Shown: positions 30,168 through 39,975 of the stretch, in pieces
Layout: each line of letters starts with the position of its first letter
Position numbering within the stretch: position 1 is the stretch's first letter
Assembly: GCA_902789425.1 (NCBI GenBank)
Contig: CADANX010000002.1
Location: 31,066-95,065 of the forward strand
Direction: 5' to 3'
From: an uncultured Erysipelotrichaceae bacterium
GTDB taxonomy: Bacteria > Bacillota_I > Bacilli_A > RF39 > UBA660
DNA length: 64,000 bases
The notes under the pieces: generated by a model
Seen by the model: only the letters and a program-made list of their open reading frames with translations
What the model was told of the DNA's origin: nothing
Databases searched by the model: none
Position numbers and translations under genes: made by a program

Positions 30168-31814
30168 ATGAGTAAAATTAAGATTTTTGCCTTAGGTGGA
30201 CTTAATGAAAATGGTAAAAATATGTACGTTATAAATGCTGATGAGAATATTTTTATATTTGATGCAGGTTCTAAAATGGCAAATGATAAAATGCTTGGAA
30301 TAGATTATATAATTCCATCATTTAATTATATTAAAGAGAATATTAAAAAAATAAAAGGTATATTTATATCACATGCTCACGTTTCATCTATGGGAGCTGT
30401 TCTTGATATAGTAAGAGAATTTCCTAAAATAGATGTATATGCTACTAAATTTACTTGTGATATGATTAAAAGAATGCTTGAAGAAGAAAATATTAAATAT
30501 AGTAACTTACATGAAATGGTAGCGCATAAAAAAATTGATTTTGGAAAATATAGCATTTTTCCAGTTGGATTAACACATTCAATACCTGATAATGTAGGTT
30601 TAGTATTAAATACTCCGGATGGAGCTATCTTCTATACTAGTTCATTTGTATTTGATTCAAGTATGACAGGTGCTTATGCAACTGATATTGGAAAACTAGC
30701 TTATATTGGAAAACAAGGATGCTTATGTTTACTTTGTGAATCTGAATATGCTGATAGAGCAGGTTATACTGTACCAAATAATAGAGTATCATCAGCAGTA
30801 AGAGATGTATTTATACATAATGAAGGAAGAATTATTGTTAATTTCTTCTCTTCACAAATTAATAGATTACAAGAATTATTTTCAGAAATAGATAAAACTC
30901 ATAGAAAAGTTATTATAATGGGTAAAAAATTACAAACTCTTGTTGATTATTTAATTAAAAATAATTATATATCTATTTCAAAAGATAAAATTGGTAGTTT
31001 AAATGATATAGAATTAAAAGATTCAATTATACTAGTATCTAATGAAAATTCTAAAACATATAATAATCTAGAAAGAATAGTAAATGGATATGATAAATAT
31101 ATTAAGATTAATGATAATGATACATTATTCTTTCTAGATCCAATTCCAATAGGAATGGAGAAAAAGGCTGTTAATATAAGTAACGCCGCATCTAAAATGG
31201 GTGCAAGTATTATTACATTATCAAATAAAGAACATTTATTAAATCATGCATCTATGGAAGATATTATGCTTATGTTTAATTTACTTAATCCAAAATATTA
31301 TTTTCCAATAATGGGTGAATATCGTCATCAAGTAGATAATGCTAATATTATTTATTCACTTGGTATGAAAAAAGAAAATATATTATTGAAACAAAATGGT
31401 GATGTTGTAACATTTGTTAATGGTAAACTTGATCCTCAAACTGAAAAAATTAAACTTGATGAGATTTTAATAGATGGTAAAAGTACACAAGATATAGGGG
31501 AGCTTGTTTTAAAAGATAGAGAATTACTTTCTCATGATGGTATAGTTATTATTTGTGCAACACTTAATAAAAAAACTAAAGAAATTATCGCAGGACCTGA
31601 AGTTTTAACAAGAGGGTTTATATACGTTAAAAACAATGCAGAAATAATAGAAAATATAAAAGAAGTTTCTTTATCTGTAATAAATAATAATATTGATAAT
31701 AATTATGTTGATTTTAACAAAATTAAAACTGGTATAAGAGATGAACTTGGTAAATATTTATATCAAGAAACTGAATGTAAGCCAATGATTATAACAGTTG
31801 TAACAGAAATATAA
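30168..31814 (+). CDS. rnj: RNase J-family metallo-beta-lactamase protein with degenerate catalytic motifs (RNase J2-like)
   Basis: RNase J N-terminus KIKIFALGGLNENGKNMYVI. Motif II reads ISHAHVSS instead of HGHEDH. The C-terminal HASGH is replaced by HASME. Synteny with ftsK/spoIIIE and the M16 pair matches B. subtilis rnjB (ymfA). Confidence 0.75.
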   Translation: MSKIKIFALGGLNENGKNMYVINADENIFIFDAGSKMANDKMLGIDYIIPSFNYIKENIKKIKGIFISHAHVSSMGAVLDIVREFPKIDVYATKFTCDMIKRMLEEENIKYSNLHEMVAHKKIDFGKYSIFPVGLTHSIPDNVGLVLNTPDGAIFYTSSFVFDSSMTGAYATDIGKLAYIGKQGCLCLLCESEYADRAGYTVPNNRVSSAVRDVFIHNEGRIIVNFFSSQINRLQELFSEIDKTHRKVIIMGKKLQTLVDYLIKNNYISISKDKIGSLNDIELKDSIILVSNENSKTYNNLERIVNGYDKYIKINDNDTLFFLDPIPIGMEKKAVNISNAASKMGASIITLSNKEHLLNHASMEDIMLMFNLLNPKYYFPIMGEYRHQVDNANIIYSLGMKKENILLKQNGDVVTFVNGKLDPQTEKIKLDEILIDGKSTQDIGELVLKDRELLSHDGIVIICATLNKKTKEIIAGPEVLTRGFIYVKNNAEIIENIKEVSLSVINNNIDNNYVDFNKIKTGIRDELGKYLYQETECKPMIITVVTEI

Positions 31815-31817
31815 AAG

Positions 31818-31848
31818 AGATACAAAAATATTGTATCTTTTTATTTTT
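31818..31848 (+). terminator. terminator after rnj
   Basis: GATACAA aaata TTGTATC followed by a T run. Confidence 0.55.
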
Positions 31849-31880
31849 TATTATAAAATATGCATAAGGAGTTTGATATT

Positions 31881-32378
31881 ATGAATGAAGTTAATAAAAA
31901 GATTATTGATTCTTATAAATATACAAACTTAGATAATGCATTTTTTGAAAGGATTATTAGTCAAAATCAAAAGAGATTATCATCTTTAATAGAAGCGAGT
32001 TATATACTTACGCTAAAAAATATAATTGAAAGAGAAATAGTAAAAGAAATAAAAAAAGGTAATATTGATCTTCAAATTGCTGTTCTTGATAAATATAGTA
32101 TTTTAAAAACTATTATTAGAAAGAATAAAAAGTATTTTTGCGATGATGAAACAATTGATAAAGTTTATGAAGATGCAGTAGAATTATTAAATTATAGATA
32201 TTTTAATGAAAATATTTCAATGAACATTATTAATAATATGAAATTTATATTTAATAATAATTTTCCTACCATGGAAGAACTTATTAATCTTACTTTAGAA
32301 GAAAATAATAATAATATAGAAATTCCTAAAGAAGAAAATGTTAATGTTAAAAAGAAAAAACTAAAAAGAAATAAATAA
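31881..32378 (+). CDS. hypothetical protein (165 aa)
   Basis: AAGGAG RBS supports the ATG at 31881. Confidence 0.45.
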   Translation: MNEVNKKIIDSYKYTNLDNAFFERIISQNQKRLSSLIEASYILTLKNIIEREIVKEIKKGNIDLQIAVLDKYSILKTIIRKNKKYFCDDETIDKVYEDAVELLNYRYFNENISMNIINNMKFIFNNNFPTMEELINLTLEENNNNIEIPKEENVNVKKKKLKRNK

Positions 32379-32488
32379 AAAACATATGATAAATACACTA
32401 TTTTGTAGTGTATTTTTTTCATTTTTTTATTTTATATTTTCAAATACTATGCTATAATATTTATATAAAATACCTGGAGGCATTTGTT

Positions 32489-34711
32489 ATGGCTAAGAGA
32501 AAAAGAAGAAAAAATAAAGAAAAAAATGGTTTTAAATATCCTATAGAAATTAGAGGAATATTATTTATCCTTTTTGGTGTAATTGGATTTTTAGGTTATA
32601 AAGCAAATATACTTGGAACAGTTTTCAAGGGTTTTGCTATGTTTTTAATGGGTACATTTGATTTTGTAGCTTTAACTTTATTTATTGTAATAGGACTTTA
32701 TATGGTAATAAAAAGAGAAAGACCTAATTATTTAACAAGCCGTTTATTTGGTTTTTATATATTATTATTATCACTTCTTGCATTAGCTCATTTAAATTAT
32801 TTAGCTGAAGATCCAAGTATTTCTTCAACTGTAAAAGAAACTTTAGATGAATTTTTAAAATGTATTAATGCTCAAACTGCTTTTAATGGCGGAGGTATGA
32901 TAGGCGCATTAATTATTTCTGCATTATATGTTTTGCTTGGAAGACTTGGCAGTATTATTGTAATTAGTGTTTTAATGGTATTAGGTTCAATTCTTATGCT
33001 TGATTTTTCAATTGGTGAATTTATAAGCAATATTCATCAAAAATTTGTTGATTGGACTGAAGCTGATGATGAAGAAGATGATGAAAATGATGTTCTTGAC
33101 GATAAAGATTTAGATAGTGATCCAAAAGATTTAGATAAAGACTTTAAAGATAAAAAAGTAGTTGTATCTTCAATAAGTGAACTTACATCATCTAAATCAG
33201 ATGAAGAATATGATAAAGAAGTAAAAGAAAATAAAATTGTTAGAAATAATCAATATGATAATTATGAATTACCATCTCTTACTTTACTTGATACACCTAA
33301 AAAGACAAATGCAAAAGAGAATGAAGATGCTATTAAACAAAATATAGGATTACTTGAAAAAGTTCTTAATGACTTTGATGTTAGTGCTAAGGTAACTAAA
33401 GTTCATGTAGGCCCATCAGTTACTCAATATGAACTTGAAATTAAATCAGGTACTAAAATGAATCATATAAAAAGTTTAAATAGTGAAATAGCTTTAGCTC
33501 TTAGTGCAAAAGATGTTAGAATTCAAGCACCAATTCCAGGAAAAGGAACAGTAGGTATAGAACTTCCAAATAAAGTAAATACTGCTGTTAGCTTTAAAGA
33601 GATTATTTCATCTTTTCCTAAAGATAAAATGGATAGTAAATTAATGGTTGCTCTTGGTAAAGATATTATGGGTACACCAAGATATTGCGAAATTAATAAA
33701 ACACCTCACTTACTTGTTGCAGGTGCAACAGGTGCAGGTAAATCAGTATGTATTAACTGTATTATTGGTTCAATACTTATGAGAGCAAGACCAGATGAAG
33801 TAAAATTAATACTTGTTGACCCAAAAAAGGTTGAATTTAGTATGTATAATGGTATTCCTCATTTACTTATGCCAGTTGTTACTAGTCCTAAAAAAGCATC
33901 TATAGCTCTTCAAAAAGTAGTTGAAGAAATGGAAAGAAGATATGAATTATTTAGTGATAGCAGAACAAAAAATATCGAAGGATACAATCAAATAATTAAT
34001 AAGAAAAATGAAAAATTACCTGAAGAAAGCAAGATTCCAACACTTCCATATATGGTTGTTATTATAGACGAGCTTGCTGATTTAATGCTCGTTGCTAAAA
34101 AAGAAGTAGAGGATTCTATTATGAGAATTACTCAAATGGCCAGAGCAGCAGGTATACATTTAATTGTTGCAACTCAAAGACCATCAACAAATGTAATTAC
34201 TGGTGTTATTAAAGCTAATATTCCATCAAGAATATCATTTGCTGTTTCATCTCAAATAGATTCAAGAACAATACTTGATACAGGTGGAGCAGAAAAACTT
34301 CTTGGTAAAGGTGATATGTTATTCTTACCAATGGGTGAATCAATACCAATGAGAATTCAAGGTGCTTTTGTAACTGAAGAAGAAATTATTAGACTTGTTG
34401 ATTTTACTGTTAAACAACAAGTAGCATCTTATGATGAAACATTTATGAATTTAGAAGAAAAATCTGAAAAACCAGAAGTAGATCCTAAGGATGATGTAGA
34501 TAATGATGATCCATTATATAACGATGTTGTAGAATTTGTAGTTCAAACAGGTAAAGCAAGTTCATCATTATTACAAAGAAAATTTAAAATTGGTTATAAT
34601 AGAGCAGCTAGACTAATAGATATTCTTGAAGAAAGAGGTATAATTGGACCACAAAATGGTTCAAAACCTAGAGAAGTTTTAGTTGCGCTTGAAGGAGAAG
34701 ATGATGAATAA
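32489..34711 (+). CDS. ftsK: DNA translocase FtsK/SpoIIIE
   Basis: N-terminal TM segments, an acidic linker, Walker A GATGAGKS, Walker B VVIIDELAD and a C-terminal gamma winged helix. GGAGG RBS at 32489. Confidence 0.9.
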   Translation: MAKRKRRKNKEKNGFKYPIEIRGILFILFGVIGFLGYKANILGTVFKGFAMFLMGTFDFVALTLFIVIGLYMVIKRERPNYLTSRLFGFYILLLSLLALAHLNYLAEDPSISSTVKETLDEFLKCINAQTAFNGGGMIGALIISALYVLLGRLGSIIVISVLMVLGSILMLDFSIGEFISNIHQKFVDWTEADDEEDDENDVLDDKDLDSDPKDLDKDFKDKKVVVSSISELTSSKSDEEYDKEVKENKIVRNNQYDNYELPSLTLLDTPKKTNAKENEDAIKQNIGLLEKVLNDFDVSAKVTKVHVGPSVTQYELEIKSGTKMNHIKSLNSEIALALSAKDVRIQAPIPGKGTVGIELPNKVNTAVSFKEIISSFPKDKMDSKLMVALGKDIMGTPRYCEINKTPHLLVAGATGAGKSVCINCIIGSILMRARPDEVKLILVDPKKVEFSMYNGIPHLLMPVVTSPKKASIALQKVVEEMERRYELFSDSRTKNIEGYNQIINKKNEKLPEESKIPTLPYMVVIIDELADLMLVAKKEVEDSIMRITQMARAAGIHLIVATQRPSTNVITGVIKANIPSRISFAVSSQIDSRTILDTGGAEKLLGKGDMLFLPMGESIPMRIQGAFVTEEEIIRLVDFTVKQQVASYDETFMNLEEKSEKPEVDPKDDVDNDDPLYNDVVEFVVQTGKASSSLLQRKFKIGYNRAARLIDILEERGIIGPQNGSKPREVLVALEGEDDE

Positions 34712-34740
34712 TCATCTTTTTAGTAAATAAGGAGGAATTT

Positions 34741-35466
34741 ATGACATTACATATAAATGCTAAAGAAAATGATATTAAAGAAAATATAATAATGACGGGA
34801 GATCCATTAAGAGCAAAATATATTTCTGAAAAATATTTAGATAATGCAAGACTTGTTAACACTACAAGAAATATGCTTTCTTATACTGGGACATATAAAG
34901 GAAAAGAAATAACTATTTTTTCTCATGGAATGGGTATGCCATCAATGGGGATTTATTCTTATGAATTATTTAATTTTTATAATGCTAAAAATATTGTTAG
35001 AATAGGTACAGCTGGCGCTAATAGGAAAGATATTAAACTTCTTGATTTAGTTCTTGCAGAAAGTAGTTATTCTTTAAGTAATATAGCATCATTATTTGAT
35101 GATTGTTTTGAAAATACTATATCATCTTCATCTGTTTTAAATAATATAATTGAAAATAGTTCAAAAACTCTTGATATTAATATTCATAAAGGTAAAATAA
35201 TTACTACAGATGTATTTGATCCATATATTCCTAATCAAGATAAATATAAAAGTAAATATGATAGTTTTGATAGTACACTAGCAAGTGAAATGGAATCATT
35301 TATGTTATTTTATATGGCTAAAAAATTTAAAAGAAATGCTACATCTATTTTAACTGTTGTAGATTCTCCTTTTGATAATAATGAGGTATCAAGTGAACAA
35401 AGAGAAAAAACGCTTGATAATATGATATTTTTAGCTTTAGAGTCAATAATAAATGTAAAGGAGTAA
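34741..35466 (+). CDS. deoD: purine nucleoside phosphorylase, DeoD type
   Basis: N-terminus TGDPLRAKYISEKYL...GTYKGKEITIFSHGMGMPS. Confidence 0.85.
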   Translation: MTLHINAKENDIKENIIMTGDPLRAKYISEKYLDNARLVNTTRNMLSYTGTYKGKEITIFSHGMGMPSMGIYSYELFNFYNAKNIVRIGTAGANRKDIKLLDLVLAESSYSLSNIASLFDDCFENTISSSSVLNNIIENSSKTLDINIHKGKIITTDVFDPYIPNQDKYKSKYDSFDSTLASEMESFMLFYMAKKFKRNATSILTVVDSPFDNNEVSSEQREKTLDNMIFLALESIINVKE

Positions 35467-35469
35467 TAA

Positions 35470-36723
35470 ATGAATTATAAAAAAGTTAACATTTCTAATG
35501 TAGAAGTATATCTATTAAAAGATACAAAATTTAAAACTACTAAGATTAAAACAATATTAATAAATGATTTTAATAAAGATAATTTTACAAAAGAAAGATT
35601 ATTATCTAATTTTTTATCACGTTCTACTAATGAATATAAAGATGAACTATCTTTATCAAAAAGATTTATTGAATTATATGATCCATCAATAAGAATATAT
35701 GATACATATTTTAAAGCTCATTTTAAGAACTTTTCTCTTAACATGCTTAATGAAAAATATACTGATAAAAATATTACTAAAGATATTATAGATTTTTATT
35801 TTTCTTTTATATTTAATCCTAATTTTAAAGATATTAAGTCATTTAAAGAAAACTATTTACTTAGTGAAAAATCTTTAGAAGTTAGTTATAAATATAGAGA
35901 AGAAGATAATAAGTTTAAAGCTATTAATAATGCCTTTTCTTTAATAAGTGAGGAAGCACCAATTAAATATGATATTAATGGTAATATTGATGAATTAAAG
36001 AAAATAAAAGAGAAGGATATAATTGATTTATATAATGAAGAACTAAAAAATAGTGCTTGCAAAATATTTGTTGTTGGTGATTTTGACTCTGATGAAATGG
36101 TTAATATGATTAGAGATAATTTAAATAATAAGTTTATTAATAAAAATTATGATTTTTCTGATTATATTTTTGATAAAAAAACTGATCTAACTATAAAAGA
36201 AGATAGTGATAATATTAATCAATCTATTCTTGTGCTCATTTATAAATTTTTAGGATTAACTAAAGATGAAATATTATATACATTACCAGTGTTTAATTTT
36301 ATATTAGGTACATCATCATCAAAATTATATAGAAATGTTAGAGAAAAGCATTCTCTTGCATATTCAGTATATTCATCAGTAAATCCTTCAGAAAGTTATA
36401 TGCATATATGTGCTGGAATAAGTAAAGAAAATTATGAAAAAGCAAAAGAAAAAATACTAAAAGAAGTAGATGATATGAAAAAAGGTAATATAACAGACGA
36501 AGAATTATCATCTGCTAAAGAAAGTTTTATTACTAGAGTAAAACTTGATTCAGATTCTCAATCTAATTTATTAAATTTATTTAAGAATTACATTATTTTT
36601 GATGAAGAAATAGATGATGAAAAGATAATAAAGAAAGTTAAAAAAATTACTATAAATGATATAGTTAATTTATCAAATAAACTTAGTTTAGATGTTATTT
36701 ATTTTTTAAGGGGTGATAAATAA
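35470..36723 (+). CDS. M16-family peptidase-like protein (non-catalytic, lacks HxxEH)
   Basis: M16 fold length and pairing with the adjacent active M16. No HxxEH motif. Confidence 0.55.
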   Translation: MNYKKVNISNVEVYLLKDTKFKTTKIKTILINDFNKDNFTKERLLSNFLSRSTNEYKDELSLSKRFIELYDPSIRIYDTYFKAHFKNFSLNMLNEKYTDKNITKDIIDFYFSFIFNPNFKDIKSFKENYLLSEKSLEVSYKYREEDNKFKAINNAFSLISEEAPIKYDINGNIDELKKIKEKDIIDLYNEELKNSACKIFVVGDFDSDEMVNMIRDNLNNKFINKNYDFSDYIFDKKTDLTIKEDSDNINQSILVLIYKFLGLTKDEILYTLPVFNFILGTSSSKLYRNVREKHSLAYSVYSSVNPSESYMHICAGISKENYEKAKEKILKEVDDMKKGNITDEELSSAKESFITRVKLDSDSQSNLLNLFKNYIIFDEEIDDEKIIKKVKKITINDIVNLSNKLSLDVIYFLRGDK

Positions 36724-38003
36724 TGAAATATATTAATTTTAAAGAAATAGATGAAAAAGTATTGTATGAAAAACTTGATAATGAACTTGAAGTATATATA
36801 TTAAGAAAAAAGAATTTTAATAGTGAAACAGCGAGATTCTTTACAAATTTTGGAGGTTTAGATACAGAATTTACTCCTATAAATGAAACAAAAGAAGTTA
36901 AAATGCCAAGTGGTATAGCACATTTTTTAGAGCATAAATTATTTGAAGATCCATCAGGTATTTCAGCAGAAGAGTATTATAGTAAAACTGGTGCTTATGT
37001 TAATGCATTTACAAATTATACTACTACTTGTTATTATTTTGTTTCAACAAATAATTTTGAAGATAATTTAAACTATTTACTTGATTTTGTACAAACACCT
37101 CATTTTACTGATGAAAACGTTGAAAAAGAAAAGGGAATAATTTTAGAAGAAGCTAAAATGTGTTTAGATAATCCATCTAGATTATTTTCAGAAAGCATTT
37201 TAAGTAATCTTTTTACTGATATTCCATATAATAATAAAATAGTAGGTACTCTTGATGATATAAAAAAAATAACAAAAGAAGACTTATATACTTGCTATAA
37301 TACATTTTATAATCCATCTAATATGAAATTATTCATTGTAACAAATAAAAAAGAAGAAGATGTTTTAAAACTTGTTAAAGATAATCAAAGAAAAAAGACT
37401 TTTATAAAAGAAAATTCAATTAAAAGAAAAATATATAACGAAAAAGATAATGTAAAAAAAGACTATTATGAGTTTAAGGGCAAAATAAATGAAAATAGAA
37501 TATGCTACGGATTAAAAATACGTAAAGATAATTTTTCTTATTCTTTAGAAGAAGTAATAAACTCTATTTCTATGTATTTTGATTTTTTAATAGGATCTTT
37601 ATCAGATTTTAATTTAGAATTAAAAAAGAATAAAATAGTTAATGGTAATATTAGTTTTAATTTAGAAAATATAGATAATTATATAATAGTTAAAATATAT
37701 GCATTTACTAATAAAAAAGATGAATTTATTTCACTTCTTGAAGATAAATTTAAACATCCTAATTTAAATGAAAAAGATTTTAATAACTTAAAAAAGATTA
37801 TGAAATCATCAATATTTTATAATTTAAATACAGTTGCTGGTACTATGGACTTTTTATATAATGAATATATGTTTTTTAAAGATTTATCTGAAGAAACACT
37901 TACAAAAGAACTTAATTTATCATATGAAGTATATAAGATTATAATTAATGAAATAAATTATGATAATAAGTCAGTAACTTATATAACAAAAGAAGATAAT
38001 TGA
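36723..38003 (+). CDS. M16-family zinc peptidase (HxxEH)
   Basis: HFLEH zinc-binding inverzincin motif. Confidence 0.75.
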   Translation: MKYINFKEIDEKVLYEKLDNELEVYILRKKNFNSETARFFTNFGGLDTEFTPINETKEVKMPSGIAHFLEHKLFEDPSGISAEEYYSKTGAYVNAFTNYTTTCYYFVSTNNFEDNLNYLLDFVQTPHFTDENVEKEKGIILEEAKMCLDNPSRLFSESILSNLFTDIPYNNKIVGTLDDIKKITKEDLYTCYNTFYNPSNMKLFIVTNKKEEDVLKLVKDNQRKKTFIKENSIKRKIYNEKDNVKKDYYEFKGKINENRICYGLKIRKDNFSYSLEEVINSISMYFDFLIGSLSDFNLELKKNKIVNGNISFNLENIDNYIIVKIYAFTNKKDEFISLLEDKFKHPNLNEKDFNNLKKIMKSSIFYNLNTVAGTMDFLYNEYMFFKDLSEETLTKELNLSYEVYKIIINEINYDNKSVTYITKEDN

Positions 38004-38044
38004 CAAATAAATATATAAAATATAAAATGATAATAGGTGGTAAT

Positions 38045-38716
38045 ATGAAAAAGAATAAAAAAGAAAATAAAAATAGAAATAATTTAATAATGATTTTAAC
38101 ATGTTTTGTAATTGCAGTTCTTATTTATGTTGTTATGATACTTACAACATCTACTAATAATTTTAAAAATAAGACACTTCAAACAAATACTAATTCTATG
38201 TTTACAATGACTGATTTAACTATTAATAATTCAAGTTATGGTGATTTAATAAATGCAGTTGAAACAGAATTTGGTATGCCATTAAAAATAGAAACATTTA
38301 ATGATGATAAAACTGATTATAAAACTTACTACTATGATGGACTTAAATTAACTTTTAAAAATGAAAATAATAGTTACATTTTAATGAGAGTTAATGTAAC
38401 AAAAGCAGGTTATAAAGTTGCACGTAATCTTGAAGTGGATCAAAACATTCTTGATGTTCTTGATAAGTTTTTAATAATTAACGATAAAGGTAGTTATTTA
38501 TATGGTAATTATAAAGAAAAAGATTTACGAACTAAAAAAGTAAAAGAAAACATGTATTTTGCAAAAAGAGAAAAAAATATGGTTTATTATTTATATATGG
38601 ATGCACCATATGTGAATGGGTATGCATCACTTTCAGATGACATTGCAACACTTACAATAACTGTATCTATGAATAAAGTTAAAGAAATAGAGTGGATGTT
38701 TGCACCACTTGATTAA
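38045..38716 (+). CDS. hypothetical membrane-anchored protein
   Basis: AGGTGG RBS at 38045 and an N-terminal TM segment. Confidence 0.45.
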   Translation: MKKNKKENKNRNNLIMILTCFVIAVLIYVVMILTTSTNNFKNKTLQTNTNSMFTMTDLTINNSSYGDLINAVETEFGMPLKIETFNDDKTDYKTYYYDGLKLTFKNENNSYILMRVNVTKAGYKVARNLEVDQNILDVLDKFLIINDKGSYLYGNYKEKDLRTKKVKENMYFAKREKNMVYYLYMDAPYVNGYASLSDDIATLTITVSMNKVKEIEWMFAPLD

Positions 38717-38772
38717 AAATAATATTATTAAATATTATTTTTTTTTGTTATAATATTCATAGGTGAAACGAA

Positions 38773-39975
38773 ATGAAAAGAATTATTATTGTTGGTGCAG
38801 GTGCATCAGGACTTACTTTAGCTATTAAACTAAGTGATAAAAATAAAGTAACATTACTTGAAAAAAATTCAGATATTGGTAAAAAATTACTACTTACTGG
38901 AAGTGGCAGATGTAATTATTATAATGAGGATATGGATAAATTTCATTTTTATACGGATAGTAATGTTTCTTTAGATGATTTTATTAGTGAAAATAAAAAA
39001 GCACTAGATTTTTATAATGATTTAGGTATTATTCCATCTATTAAAAATGGTTATTATTATCCATTTAGTAATACATCAACATCCGTAGTAAACTCAATTA
39101 AAAGAGTTTTACTTCAAAAAAAAGTTAATTTAATAACAAATTATGAAGTAAAAAAGATAGAAAATATAAATGATGAGTTTATTGTAAATGATGAACTTAA
39201 AAGTGATGTTTTAGTACTTGCTACAGGTGGACTATCATATCCTAAAACAGGCTCAACAGGTGATGGTTATAGATTTTTAAAAGATTTTAATTTAAATATA
39301 ATAAATACTATTCCGTCATTAATATCATTAAAATCTGATTGTCCATTTCAAAAAAAATGGAGTGGTATTAGACTTAATGCAAAACTTTCTTTATATGAAG
39401 AAGATGCTCTTTCTAAAGAAGAAAAAGGTGAAGTACTTTTAACGGATTATGGAATAAGTGGAATATGTACTTTTAATATTTCATCAATTGCATCAAGAGG
39501 TCTTTCTAAAGGTAAAAAAGAAGAAGTAATTATAAATTTTGTAGACTTTTTGAATATAGAATCAAAAGCTGATTTTATTACTTATTTAGATAATAGAGAT
39601 AAAGAATATGATTTAAATAAAGTATATGAATTATTTGATGGATTTATTAATTATAAACTTGTTAATGTTTTACTAGGAAAATATAAAGATAAAAAATGGA
39701 GTAAACTTAAAAGAGAAGAAAAAGATATAATAGCATCACTTTTTTATGAACTTAAACTTCCTATTTTAGGAACATCAGGCATTGAAAAAGCACAAGTAAC
39801 AAGTGGTGGACTTGATTTAAATGAAGTTGATTTAAATACCTTTGAAGTTAAAAAAGTAAAGAATTTATATGTAATAGGTGAACTTCTTGATATTAATGGT
39901 GATTGTGGTGGTTATAATTTAACTATGTGCACTCTTAGTGCTATTAAAGTAGGTGAGAGTATTGATAAGAATTAA
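38773..39975 (+). CDS. HI0933-like FAD/NAD(P)-binding flavoprotein
   Basis: Dinucleotide fold IIIVGAGASGLTLA at the N-terminus and a length of about 400 aa. Confidence 0.65.
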   Translation: MKRIIIVGAGASGLTLAIKLSDKNKVTLLEKNSDIGKKLLLTGSGRCNYYNEDMDKFHFYTDSNVSLDDFISENKKALDFYNDLGIIPSIKNGYYYPFSNTSTSVVNSIKRVLLQKKVNLITNYEVKKIENINDEFIVNDELKSDVLVLATGGLSYPKTGSTGDGYRFLKDFNLNIINTIPSLISLKSDCPFQKKWSGIRLNAKLSLYEEDALSKEEKGEVLLTDYGISGICTFNISSIASRGLSKGKKEEVIINFVDFLNIESKADFITYLDNRDKEYDLNKVYELFDGFINYKLVNVLLGKYKDKKWSKLKREEKDIIASLFYELKLPILGTSGIEKAQVTSGGLDLNEVDLNTFEVKKVKNLYVIGELLDINGDCGGYNLTMCTLSAIKVGESIDKN

